DNA of 63,907 bases, counting the filler, from Pelomyxa schiedti (Eukaryota > Protista > Evosea), in assembly GCA_020536535.1 (NCBI GenBank). It is 16 parts of 16 records of this genome, joined end to end, with 100 filler letters (N's around TTAATTAATTAA, not from the genome) between each part and the next. Parts side by side here need not be neighbours in the genome. Positions count along the whole stretch, not along the records: positions 48,887 to 63,907 come from JAHLWZ010000148.1; 15 more parts are not named here. One strand, given 5' to 3'. Positions within the stretch are counted from its first letter, which is position 1, and each line of letters begins with the position of its first letter. Below the pieces are notes generated by a model. That model was not told the DNA's origin and did no database searches. It worked only from the letters and a program-made list of their open reading frames with translations. Shown piece by piece: positions 51,682 to 63,394 of the stretch. The translations under genes were made by a program, and so were the position numbers.

Positions 51682-54117
51682 TCAGTGACCTGGCCTGTGT
51701 GGAAGGATGCCCCGCTGTCTTAAGCTGCGAATTACTGGTGTTTTATCAATCTGTTCCATAAATAACTGGTGCACAAATTTCCAGAGAATCATGGGCTGCG
51801 ATAAGTGGACCCCATCCCTCACAATGGGAATGTCATAAGCCTGTAGTTGCGGTTAGAAAAATGGAATTTTGAAGGGAGTGTGTGCATGCATTGGGATGGC
51901 AGGTTCCGTCCCAGCACTGCAAGAAATTCATGATCATCCAGGAGACCCTGTTTGGGTCCCACTCCTTTTTGTCTATTTTCTGTTTATAGTACTTGTAATC
52001 GGTGGCCTCTGGTTCTGGCATTGTGCAGTTTGTTAGGTTTATGTTTTGCTGAATGCACTTTATCACAGAATAGGGCCAGAGTGGGTTGGCCTGCACAATG
52101 ACCACATAGCCAATTGATGCCCAGAATGAAACTGTCTTATTAAATGATGCCATGGTCAGATCTGGTGTAGTATAGCCTGTAACTACAAACACGATGTTTT
52201 CAAACCTATCCAGCCAAGGGTCCTTCACCAGCTTCACACGTTCAAGCCCGTACCATGTGTAGACTTTGGCACCTACATTAGAGGTTGCAACAATGCTTGT
52301 TGTTACACCAAGCTCAGCACCATAATCATCCAAACTCAAATACCATTGCATAGCCAGTGAGTCACCAAGCATTATGAAGGCTGTGGTATTAGAACGCATG
52401 TGTGGCCCAGAGTAGCGAAAGGTCCAGCGAGTAGCAGTTCCAGGTCTTAATGTTGCATTGTAAAGTTCACCACTCCGTATGATGGAATTGTTGAAATGCC
52501 AAGGAACTACCGTGTCAGGAAAATAAGAGGAGCTGGTGGAAGAGCTTAAGCTGGCAGAAGAGCTTAAGCTTGTGGAAGAGCTTAAGCTGGTGGAAGAGCT
52601 TAAGCTGGTGGAAGAGCTTAAGCTGGTGGAAGAGCTTAAGCTCGCAGAAGAGCTTAAGCTGGCAGAAGAGCTTAAGCTGGGGGAAGAGCAGAAACTGGAA
52701 TATGGTCTGACATTAAAAGTGAATAGAGTCCCAAGACCACACAACAGCACTGGTGTGATGGTACAGAGCAAAAGAATGGAAGCAGTGACCCTATTGCTCC
52801 ACTTTTGCCTTTTGATCCTCTTCTCCAGCAAGACATGACTTGCAGAACTGAACAGAGCTGTGCAAACCATGGGGGGAATCCAGGTAAGCAGTGAAGGCAA
52901 ATGATGTACCAGTTGGGAGAACTTGAAGAGCTGTATCAATGGCCAGTGATACAAATAAACAGAGTATGAAATTCCACCAATGTAGGAACTGAAGGAAATG
53001 TTGAAGTCACAACGAAGTAGGAGGATGAAGCACGTCACTGAAACAACAAGAAGGCTCAGAAGGTTGGGGTAAAGAGAGGGCTCCACAACAACGGCAAATG
53101 CACCCAAGGAAGCAATGCAACCAGTGTACAAATAATTACAGTACTTGGTTGTCAACAGCTCCAGGAGTGATTTTGATCTGGAAACAGGTGTGGGAATGTC
53201 AAGGGAATCCCTGTCATGGGGGCTTCTTGCAGCTCCTCCCAAGATCAGATGCAAGAAGTCATTGTGAGCCACCACAGCACCACACAAAAACTCCCAGAGG
53301 CGAGCTAGAGGGAAGTAAAACCTCCAACTTTGAGGCAGCACAAAAATCAAGACTCCAGATGCTACTGACAGGACACTAAGAAACAGCAGCATCCACTTGC
53401 CAAAGAGGTGCGAGGGTGTAAACCACTTGTAGCAAACAAGAATCAGAGGAAACAAAATGAGAATCTGCTCTTCAACAGCAAGTGCCCAATAGTGTAGCAC
53501 CAGAGAGTCACTGTTGCCAACAGACACCCAACCAAAATCCAGCTCACCTGCTTGGAGGAAATAGAAGTTGGCGAAGTGCAAGCTTGCAGAGCTCACTTCC
53601 TTGAACCCATCAGTGTCCACTGAGCGCAGGCCTTTGCTGACAAGAAGTAAGCCTGCAAGCAGAGAAAGGCAAACAGCACTGGAGACAGTTGTGCGCTTTA
53701 GTTGATGGCACAGGAAGCCTGTGAGGGAAAAAGACTTGCTTGAGATACTGTGCAACTGTGTAATGAGTTAGATGTTTTATCAAAGCAGAAAGAGCAAATG
53801 GTAAATGCACACAAGGTCACCAAAGCAGATATAACCCTGTATCACAAAGAGCACATCAACACCAATGAAGCCCGCCTTGAACCAACTGAAGCCCAGGTGG
53901 TAAAGAACAACTGCTTGTGAGTGAGCGAAAGAGGAACAAATGTAATTAAAAAAAAAAAATGAAGAGAGGTGCGGCGAGAACAACAACCAAAAACCACTGC
54001 GACAAAGCGCAGTAGGTGCACTGGCGACCCCTCGGCGACGAGTCCCTCTTGGTCTTCTTTGGTCTGGTCGTACCTATTTCCGCATATGAGTGGGTTGGTT
54101 GCCGGCAACCAATCCAT
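51682..54117 (-). CDS. OafA/OatA-like AT3 acyltransferase fused to an SGNH domain
   Basis: LRFVAV..VVLYH, GFIGVDVLFVIQGY, HYWALAVEEQ, RLWEFLCG, ISYSVYLYHWP, MLGDSLA, and DGVH after GC-AG intron 51841-51889. Confidence 0.88.
52536..52690. repeat. 18-bp coding tandem repeat (SSS[TA]SL, about 8 units) in the AT3-SGNH linker
   Basis: GAAGAGCTTAAGCTGGTG-type units. Confidence 0.95.
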
Positions 54118-54872
54118 ACCCGGTGTCCTTCATGGGAAGCAGCAACAAGGCTTTAGACACGAAGTCTATCAGATCAGATCGGCTATTGTTCTATTAGTCG
54201 CCGTGACATCACCACACACAATTTAGAACTATCCTAAAAGATTAGAAGTTATAGAAATCTCAGGGGTTTGGATGCTGCTGGAAAAAGCTGATTTCATCAT
54301 CACACAAAACTGTTTCAAGTTTCTCTCGGACAGAGTCTTGGCTTCGCGGTACAATGTTTGTCTTTTACGGTTTTTTTTAAGGGAAAAAGTTTTGATGACG
54401 CTTGGGGTCCTTGTATATTGTGTGCTCTGTCAAATACAAAAACCACACGGTCCTGAACACCATCACAAAGCATTCAGGACCGAACCATCTCGCGCGTGCA
54501 AGAGTGTAGAAAGTCCGATCGGACCCAAATCGAAAAAAACAAGAAGATGGTCCAGGCCGTGCCTGATTTTTTTGGAGTGGGAAGCACATTGGTGTGTCTG
54601 TTGGCCGTTGGCGTGCTGCAAACTGTGTGCACACCCCGAATTTTTTTCCCCTTCATTTGGTGCGCACACAAACGAAAAGGAAAAAAAATTAGGTTGGTGT
54701 TGGTGGGCTTGTCTGAGCCTGTTCAAGATTTTTATTTGACTCGTCGGATTGAGTTCTTCCACAGGCACCGCAGCAATACCACAAGTGTGAGTACCGCAGC
54801 CTGCTCCACCAAGTATTCTGCTTCCCGTCCTCAGGTTAAGACACCGAGGCCTTTTTGTTTAAAAAAAAAGAA

Positions 54873-55380
54873 TTTTTTTTAATTGGTTCACTGGTGAGTT
54901 ACAATAATCTAAAGGATGATGCCTGAATCCATCATCCCCTAGGGTGCAGTGTTGGTGGTGACTCTGCGGAGGTGAGCCGCAGTGTTGTTGATGATGCTGG
55001 TGTAGAGTTTGTCCCACCAGAAGGCCTTTGGGGTTCTACAGGCCCAATTGGGGGGTTCAAACTCCTTGTCATCCAGCACAGAGATGAGGCTGTTGACAAA
55101 TGAACACGTGAGTTCTGTTGGTGCTCCTGTTGACTCCCAGCATACAGGAGTAAACACATACCTGTCTGAGCACCTGGGCAACCACTTTGCCCGTTTGTGT
55201 TCCTCCTGCTTTGAGGCATTGTCAAGGGATTTGGGGATTTGGCGAGCTGGGCTGATGTTTGGGCACACAATGGAGATGTCCAGAATCTGTGGAGGAGGAC
55301 TGTCCTCCACCAGGAGGTCAATTCTCCCTTCGGTTTCATTGCTCCAGCGTGTGGATGTTGCCAGCCCACATGTTGACCTT
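54873..55380 (-). mobile_element. 3' end of an RLE-type non-LTR retrotransposon (endonuclease domain, 3' hairpin, short poly-A)
   Basis: GRIDLLV..ILDISIVCP..EEHKRAKW..FTPVCWESTG..FWWDKLYTSI; stop 54939-54941; hairpin GGATGATG/CATCATCC 54914-54937; A8 on minus strand at 54873-54880. Confidence 0.75.
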
Positions 55381-55404
55381 TTACAAAAAAAGGAAAAAGT
55401 AACA

Positions 55405-55585
55405 AATGCTGTTTCTTAAGTGTAACTACGGTACCAATGCGGTGGTAGACCATAGTTGTGGTGGTGTGGTATTGGGAGAGGGCAGTAGCATTCGAAAATA
55501 CTACTGGACCAATTCCACTTAGCAGGGTTCATATCTATAATTTTGTTAGAAGCTAGTGAGAACTTGAGGGAAAACCTACCTTCAC
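55405..55585 (+). repeat. Direct repeat A (second copy 58824-58925)
   Basis: ATGCTGTTTCTT..GTGTAACTAC..GTGGTGGTGTGGT.TTGGGAGAGG..GTGAGAACT.GAGGGAAAACCT shared. Confidence 0.8.
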
Positions 55586-55869
55586 TGTGACAAGCATGGC
55601 TCCAACGCGTAGCAGACCAAGAAAAAACGGACCCGCCAAAGAAAAGAAAATAGGTTCACAAGGAGCGGAAAGCACACCTCAAAGAGCAAGTGTACCCGGA
55701 TCAGAACGAGTAAGTCCCCACTGTGTTACAATTAGTATTTCGTAGTAAATTAATAGTTAATAAATTAATTTACTGTCCAAACCCAAGGTTAACGAGGGGA
55801 AAAATAGCTTACGACGGACACGCACGAATGAATCGCAAATTGCCAACAAACAGTGCCGCAACCGCGGAG

Positions 55870-56138
55870 ATCACAACAGTCACATGGCAAAACTGCTGCG
55901 GCCGCCCGCCATGCACCACCGCACGCACCAGAGCCCCACCGACGAACAGCCGCGCATCGCCTTCGTGTTTTAGTTTATTTTGTTGTTTCGGATTTCAGGG
56001 AAAGGGGCTTCTGAGCCTGATATCAGAGGACATCAACCAGGACATCAACCTGGACATCAACCAAACCCGCGTCCCTGTGCGCTGTACAAGATCCCTCTTT
56101 TCGCATTTTGTTGTTCACCCGTGTATACAGACACTCCC
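55870..56138 (+). repeat. Inverted repeat B, left arm
   Basis: TGAGCCTGATATCAGAG..CATCAACCTGGACATCAACCAAACC.GCGTCCCTGTGCGCTG.ACAAGATCCCTC..TGTTCACCCGTGT is the reverse complement of part of 58176-58400. Confidence 0.85.
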
Positions 56139-56190
56139 CGCGCGTACAAGGAAAACAAAGAAAAATCCTTCAATTCAAAAAGAAGTTTCT

Positions 56191-57987
56191 CTCAGTTTGT
56201 AAAGATACTTGAGGGTCCTGAGGGGATGTAAACGTTGATGGGATCAATATTTGCCACCAACTGTCTCCCTTATTGCCTGGTGTTCCAGAAGCACAGAGCA
56301 CTGCTGATTCCCGAGATTTCTGAAATGAAAAGCACAAATCAGGACATAAAACAGCTGTTCCCAGCCACTATCCCTGGGTGCCTTCTCCTCATGCAGCTGT
56401 CAATGGCAGTAAGATTTAATGTGAGGGAAACAAAGAAAAAAAAACCATACCCACTCATACAGAGCCTTCATCTCATCTGTTGTGACTTTTACATTGTACG
56501 GTTCAATGCCATAGGAACGAATTGGATGATCGTGGGCTCTTTCTCTCGCCACTGTTTTGAATACATCAGGAGCTTCAATAAGCCCCGATACATTGGTTTC
56601 AAGAATGTTCAATCTACAACTTGTGTGTCAGTTCTTTGTTTTTTCTTTTCGTTCAATGAATAAGTTTACTCACAGTTTAAGGCGCCGAATTCCTGGTGAC
56701 ATTGCAGCTATCGTCATATTGTTGCATACTCTTCTCCCGGTTCCTGATCCGCCTGAAAAAAAGAGTTTGATCTTGAGAATCAACAGAAGAAAGATGTGGA
56801 AATACTCACGAAGCGGGGGAAGCGGCGGAATTGGGTCCAGAGTTGGAGTAAAAATCATGTTGTGGTATTCAGCCACTGCTGGGTTATACCTGTTTGTCAA
56901 AAGGGAGATGTCAGGGCACCCATAGGATGTGGGGTGGGCATGTTTGTAGTTTGGCTTACTTTGTAATGAAAAACCAGCGAACTGCCAGTTGGCGCCGGTT
57001 TCCTGTGATTGAGAAGCCACGCTGGANNNNNNNNNNNNNNNNNNNNNNNNNNNNNNNNNNNNNNNNNNNNNNNNNNNNNNNNNNNNNNNNNNNNNNNNNN
57101 NNNNNNNNNNNNNNNNNNNNNNNNNNAGATGTCAGGGCACCCATAGGATGTGGGGTGGGCATGTTTGTAGTTTGGCTTACTTTGTAATGAAAAACCAGCG
57201 AACTGCCAGTTGGCGCCGGTTTCCTGTGATTGAGAAGCCACGCTGGAAGAGATCGTTGAAGGCGTTCAAGTTTATATCATAGCCTGCACTCTCCATCTCC
57301 TCTAGCGAGGTGCTGTGTACGTCGGCTTGTTCCTCATCCAGGGGTTGGTTGGTTGGTATGTGGTCCTCAGTTTCACGGAACAGGGATCCACAGTACAATC
57401 CTGGCTCCCTGTTCCACGAGATGATGGCTTGTTCAGCAGCTTCTGCAGAGGTAAAGGAGAGAAGAACCTCGAATTCGCCTCTTGTATAGAAGAGCTCCAC
57501 GGCCGAGTCTAAACCGCTGGCCAGATCTACGGCCTTTTTGAAGATATCATCTGCTCTGAGTTGCTCATGGTGAGGTTGGTTCGCGCCGTTTCCTTCACCT
57601 CCGCCACCCCCTTCCCGATCTGGTTCCATGTCGGTATCGCCATGCCCATTGTCTTCCCCACCGTTGGCACCCCCTCCACTTACTGCACCCGTCGGCGGCA
57701 GACAGACGACGTGCAGCTGAGAGTGTGTATGTCTTGGCTCCATGGCAGTGCCATTCATAATCGAATAGCGGTGATCGCTGTTGACCACACACCAAGAATC
57801 GTCGATGTACAGTCCTTGCTCCTTGGCGGCCTCGACGTAGCTCTTCATTTTTTCTTTTCCGCGCAGCTCTTTGGTTTGCAGCTGTTGCCAGACATCGTGA
57901 AAGTGTGTCGCGCGATCAGGGGTGAAAGTGAACGTAGGTGGCGTGGGTGTCGCAGGTGAGGAAGGAGGCGTCACAGGATCTGCCATG
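56191..57987 (-). CDS. Hypothetical multi-exon protein enclosed by the B inverted repeats
   Basis: Long first exon MADPVTPP..WFFITK, AA|GTAAGC donor, and downstream exons YNPAVAEY.., LNILETNV..; 3' end approximate. Confidence 0.55.
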
Positions 57988-58175
57988 GCGGACAACAAGT
58001 GAAATGCCGATGCTGGCTACTTGCTATTGTTGTGTTTTTGTTTGTATGTTGTGTCGTTGGCTTAAATACACCGCTCATAGGTTTTTTTTTGGTTTTTCCG
58101 ACGAGTGTCCCTCTCTCGGGACATGTTTTTCGGTAGTCTATTTTTTTTTGTAGTTTTAGGAAAAAGATCGATTTG

Positions 58176-58400
58176 GAGTGTGGACACGGGTGAACAGGAA
58201 ATGCGGAATGAGGGATCTTGTGCAGCGCACAGGGACGCAGGTTTGGTTGATGTCCAGGTTGATGTGTCTGCACCTACATCTCTGATATCAGGCTCATTGA
58301 CCCCCTTCCCCTAAATCTGATACACGATGCACGGCGGCCGTTTGTCGGTGGGCACTGGGGAGGGAGTTGTCATTGAAATGGGATGTGACTGTTGTTGTGA
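58176..58400 (-). repeat. Inverted repeat B, right arm
   Basis: See left arm. Confidence 0.85.
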
Positions 58401-58785
58401 CATTCGCAGCTGCACCCCTGTTCTCCTTTTCCTTCTTCTTTTTCGCCTCTACGGATTGTTATCTAAAAGCCTCAATTCTTTTATTTTCAAATATTTAATA
58501 CTACTAAATAGAATATTTAATTTTTACAGCCCCTTCCCTGGCCTTAAACTTACTTACAACGACTAAAATAAAACAGAAAGGTGATGATGCTGTGCTGCTA
58601 ACACTGGGTGAGGGCGTTTCTTTGTGGTGAATTCTACCACAAAATATGGCTGTACCACTTCGTTGCCTGTACGCGCTACTGCTGTTGACACCAGGTGTGT
58701 TTGTATTATTTTAATTTCCTAGTTTTTTTCGTAACATCTTACTCCTTGGCCTGGGCCAAACCTGTTGAGGATTTTTATTTGATTG

Positions 58786-58822
58786 TGACAGCGTTCCGGT
58801 CTGTTGATTATTTTATTCAGCC
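58786..58822 (+). mobile_element. Half copy of the 89-bp MITE
   Basis: ACAGCGTTCCGGTCTGTTGATTATTTTATTCAGCC is identical to 22557-22591; followed by AGAT. Confidence 0.85.
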
Positions 58823-59763
58823 AGATGCTGTTTCTTGCGTGTAACTACAGTACAAATGTGGTTGGACAAGAGTGGTGGTGTGGTCTTGGGAGAGGCAAGT
58901 GAGAACTCGAGGGAAAACCTCCCTTTACGAGTATGAGAAATAGGGAGGTTGGCAGCAACGTGAGCACGTCAAGTGAGAAAACCATCGTCTTTACTGGTTG
59001 TGTTTGTGATGGACCGCGTGACCTAAATTGGGGTGGACGTGTGGTGTGGACCATGGGCACAACCACAAGTGTGAGCTACTCTCCTCTCGTTGCGTTTGTT
59101 TCCCTTCTCCACCCCAACATAGGACACTACTGTGACGCCGGCCACACCACCACTGAACAAGCACAGCACAGCACAGTAGGCATGCAGCAACGATTTTTTG
59201 AAAATTTCTCTGACCCAATTTCCTGCCAAAGTGCAAGTTTATTCTTTTTCTTTCGGTACTGACATGATAACCAGGTGTGCTCACATCATCCTGACAAAGA
59301 TAAAGTATACTTCTCCCTCTTGTTTTATCATCACCCCTCACCAATAATAGGCACCACCAGACACCTTGTCCCTGATAGATCAGATTGGTCCGGACCATCT
59401 TCTCCTCTCCTGCCCCCATACCGCATGTTGGACAACGCAGGGTCCCCGGCATTGCACCCCTTTCTGCATTTCTGGCACCTTGGTGCACTGATGTGTGGTC
59501 TCTTTTTCTTTCTCCATCTCACATACTTGAAATTAGGTTGCATACCACTAGTGCGCCCATAGGAAAGAACTAGTCTCGTGCTACCACGGTTGCGTATGCA
59601 AAGGGGAAGCGCTAGTCTATTATTTTTATCTGTTGTTTAACACTATAACGGCCATTAGTGCTTTGGCTCTTGAACACCAACAGGGTCACCTGAATTGAAC
59701 AGAAATTTCCCTTGTACCAAGTTGGACCATGAGGGAGTACCTGATTTTTAAAACCATTGCATT

Positions 59764-62700
59764 TTAAAGCAGCTTGAAAACAGAGGCAGTGCTTGAGAAC
59801 CAACCACTTGAGGGTTGAGTGGTTGTTGGTTTTGGTGTGGGTGTGGGTGTGGTGGAAGTGGCTTCCACAGAGGAAGTGGTAGTGCCCGTTGCTGCTGCCG
59901 TTGTTGCTGTTGTGGGGATTGACACGGCGCCTTTCTTGTGGGCATCGATCAAGTATCTTCCACTTTTTACCCTGTAGTCAAGGTACTTCTGGAACATGTA
60001 TCCGCTCTTGGATGCAGCCTTGGTGAACAACACGGCGGCCTCCTGAAGGTTGCCGGACTGCAGCCGCATTTCGGCGAGCTCGATGAGGGAGTACGGTATG
60101 ATCATGTAGTGGAAAGGCCCGCGCGCTTGAAGGTCTTGCTCCTTGGGCAGGATGTGTGTGGTGATTTCCGTTTCCGCATCGGCAGTGCGGCGGAGTCCTA
60201 CAAATGAGCATAATCGCCAGTAGTGGAACCTTTGTGAAGGAATGAGTGATATGTTCTATCAATTCATATATTCTGACCAGGCAGCGTGGGTGGCTTCCAC
60301 ATGTTCTGAGGCTCCAAATCGCTCAACAAGTTCCAGTGCTGCCTAAAATGTTGTTGGTCACTGCTTTGTTTCATATGGAGTGGAAAAGCGTTGTCATACG
60401 GGGAATGCACAAGCATCCAGCAAATTTGTGATGGAGAAATAAGCTTCCTCGAATGGTGTGAACTTGTTTCCGTTGGCAATGAATTTGTCGTGCATGTAAA
60501 TGGCCAAGTCATCATGTTCGTATTGTTCTTTGGCATGTTTTCTTGATGATTCTAGAAGAGGTAGCACCAAGCTCTTTTCACCTGGAGTATTCTTAGGACA
60601 GAGGTAAACAGGGGGAAAACTCCATGCCTGTCATCCACTTGCACACAGCAAGTTTCAGTGAACCAAAGCACCTGTACAGATTGCTCGAGGAATTCAGGTA
60701 AACTTCAATTAATCCAGCAGCCTTTTTGAGAAGAAAGAGTGATAGTTATTAAAGGGAGGGTGCCACTGAAAATAAACCTTGGCCCAGTCGTTGTTGAGGA
60801 AAAATGTCTGCCCTGCAAAATAAAAGCAGGACTTATGCATGAAGTCATACTCCTTCTCGAACCAAGGTATGGCAAGTTGGAAGCATTCTCTGGCTCTGTC
60901 CAATTCACCATTCAACATACGTTGGTACCCTGCGATAATTGTTGGGAAGTTGTTTTGGTATGACACTTCCAGACAAACCTTCAGTAAAGTGTATCATTGG
61001 ACTCCTAGAGAGGAAAACGTGAGTATGTTGGATTGGTGTGGAGACAAGAAGTTTTTACTTGGGGCTGTTGCTGCTAACTTCATCAAGAATTCCGAAGGCT
61101 TTTGTAGTATCTTTCAGAAGGATGGCATAGATCCAACTTTCCAGAACTGCAGCACCACGAGAAAAAGTGCAGGTGCAGTGCCGAGAAACTTCCATGTCTT
61201 CAAGAGACTGCTTCAGATCAGCCTCAAATCCTTTTTTTTTTTTTTTTGGCAAGGTTGGGATTGCATAAAGCAAGGTATTTAGAAGTAATACCAAGAAGTA
61301 CAAGAAACCACTGAAAAGCTGGGGGCACGAGGGTTGTTATCTGTAAATTTTTCAAAAAAATTAAATGAAGTGCCTAGAATTGAGAAAAGAACACACGAAA
61401 TGGAACATCCCAACACCAAATGCAATGTCGCCTGTGACTTCTTCCAATAGAACGGCTTCTGCACCAGGCTGTTGCTTCAAGAAATTCTGCAGATACTGTG
61501 CTCGGTAGAGCCACTGCCAAAATGTGAATAGAATGAAGAAAGTAAAGGAAATTTCAACAACCTTCCAAGCTTTCCTGATAAGAAAAGGAGCTGAGGCGTA
61601 TGATCTATCCCAGTAGAAGAGAAGTGCTTTTACAAAGTACACCTGGCATTTGAATTAGGATCAACAATGTGAGCAAGCCACCATTCCCATTTACCATTCC
61701 CATGATAAGAAAAGCTTGCAAATTCAAGTACATATTATCCAACTAGAGATGAACAGTGAGATTAAACAAAAAAAACCCATCAGAGGGGAAGAATGTCTAA
61801 AGTACCTCAGCTGCAGAATACTCCTTTTTTGTAGTCACAACGGCTGATGCTGCCCAATTGTAGGCAGAAGCAACTCCGTCAACCAGAAGTTGTTGTTTAT
61901 ACCCATTGCACTGTGGTTGTACCATGGTCTGAACAGGTATTCACATCAGATTATTGTTACCATAGTGAACCTTACCTCAAGGATAGCTTTTTTTTTTTTC
62001 CTTTCATTAAAGAGGTACAAAGGACTGGGGGAGTAGTATAGGCATACCAACTCTGCGCAAAGCTTCTTCCCGAGTGGCCTTTTCTTCTGTACTAACAGCA
62101 CGCCAGAACCCACTCAAAACATACAAGCAGGCAGGATAAGGGTGGCGACCACCATGGTGAGAAAGCATGGCATCAGCTTCACTGAGTCGTAACTGCCAAA
62201 TCAGATCAACTGCCTAACATAACAGGACATGAATAAAAAGGAAAATTGATTGGGGTTCATCCTACAGGCTTAAAGAACGTCATCCAGTATTTGGAGGCAG
62301 CCGCATGAGAAGTAAAGTCGGGAGGTGCAGTACTGCCAGCAGTTGAAGCAGCTAAAATTTCAGGCTAAAAAACACAGAAGGTAAAAAAAAGGAAAATTCA
62401 TATTTTGGGTTGCTTTCAATGATGTTTCACTGGTGGTGGCAAAGGGTTAATTTCCTTCCACTCACTTATACTTACCAACAAGCGATAGCATAGGTTATTA
62501 CTGGTACTAACACTGTAATTATTATTGCATCAAGGTCAAACAATGAATTTGTTTTTATTTTCGAATTTGCATTGATTGGAATGGGGGAAAAAACCGGGAA
62601 TGCCACAGGGGGCGTTACGAGAACCGAAGCGCTGCACGGTGAGTTTCGAACTGTGTCGGCGAGACACCCCGCGTGGATCTTCATCCCGCACAGGGCACAC

Positions 62701-63394
62701 ACGTAGCCCTGCTTCCCAAAAGGGTTCCTCACGAACCCGCGGCAGTACTCGCACCAAGTTGGCACGCTGAACCTCGCCTCCTCGAACAAGTGGTCGGTCT
62801 TTTTGGCCGTCGGGGCCGTGCTCAGCGTGAGGGTGCCCGTCATCGCCGCGGCCGACGCCGAAGATGTTGGAGATGAAGAAGACGAGGAGGAGGAGGAGGA
62901 AAGGGACGATGATGGGATCGGGGAGCCGTCGCACGGGAGAACGAGGGCGGCGGTGAGGCACTTGCGATGGACCGAGAACGAGCACGAGGCGCACTTGAAC
63001 CCTTGCTTGCCGACGGGAGTGTACACGAACCCGCCGCAAAGTCGGCAGAACGTGGGCGACGAAAACCACGTCTCGACAAACTTATGGGACGTAGGCGGGC
63101 GCACCGTCGCCCCCGTAGTCGTTGACGCGGTCGACGTGGCTGCNNNNNNNNNNNNNNNNNNNNNNNNNNNNNNNNNNNNNNNNNNNNNNNNNNNNNNNNN
63201 NNNNNNNNNNNNNNNNNNNNNNNNNNNNNNNNNNNNNNNNNNNACACGAACCCGCCGCAAAGTCGGCAGAACGTGGGCGACGAAAACCACGTCTCGACAA
63301 ACTTATGGGACGTAGGCGGGCGCACCGTCGCCCCCGTAGTCGTTGACGCGGTCGACGTGGCTGCGGAAGTCATAACGGCGGTTGGCTCCGTCAT
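59764..63394 (-). CDS. Two C1 (DAG/phorbol-type) zinc fingers + TTC39/IML2-like TPR domain
   Basis: HKFVETWFSSPTFCRLCGGFV..KQGFKCASCSFSVHRKC and HLFEEARFSVPTWCEYCRGFV..KQGYVCALCGMKIHAGC; GDIAFGVGMFHF, GELDRARECF, IPYSLIELA, SGYMFQKYLDYR. Confidence 0.8.

Noticed and set aside
52536-52838. (EELKLV)n coiled-coil ORF
   Set aside because: Antisense reading of the Ser-rich linker repeat.
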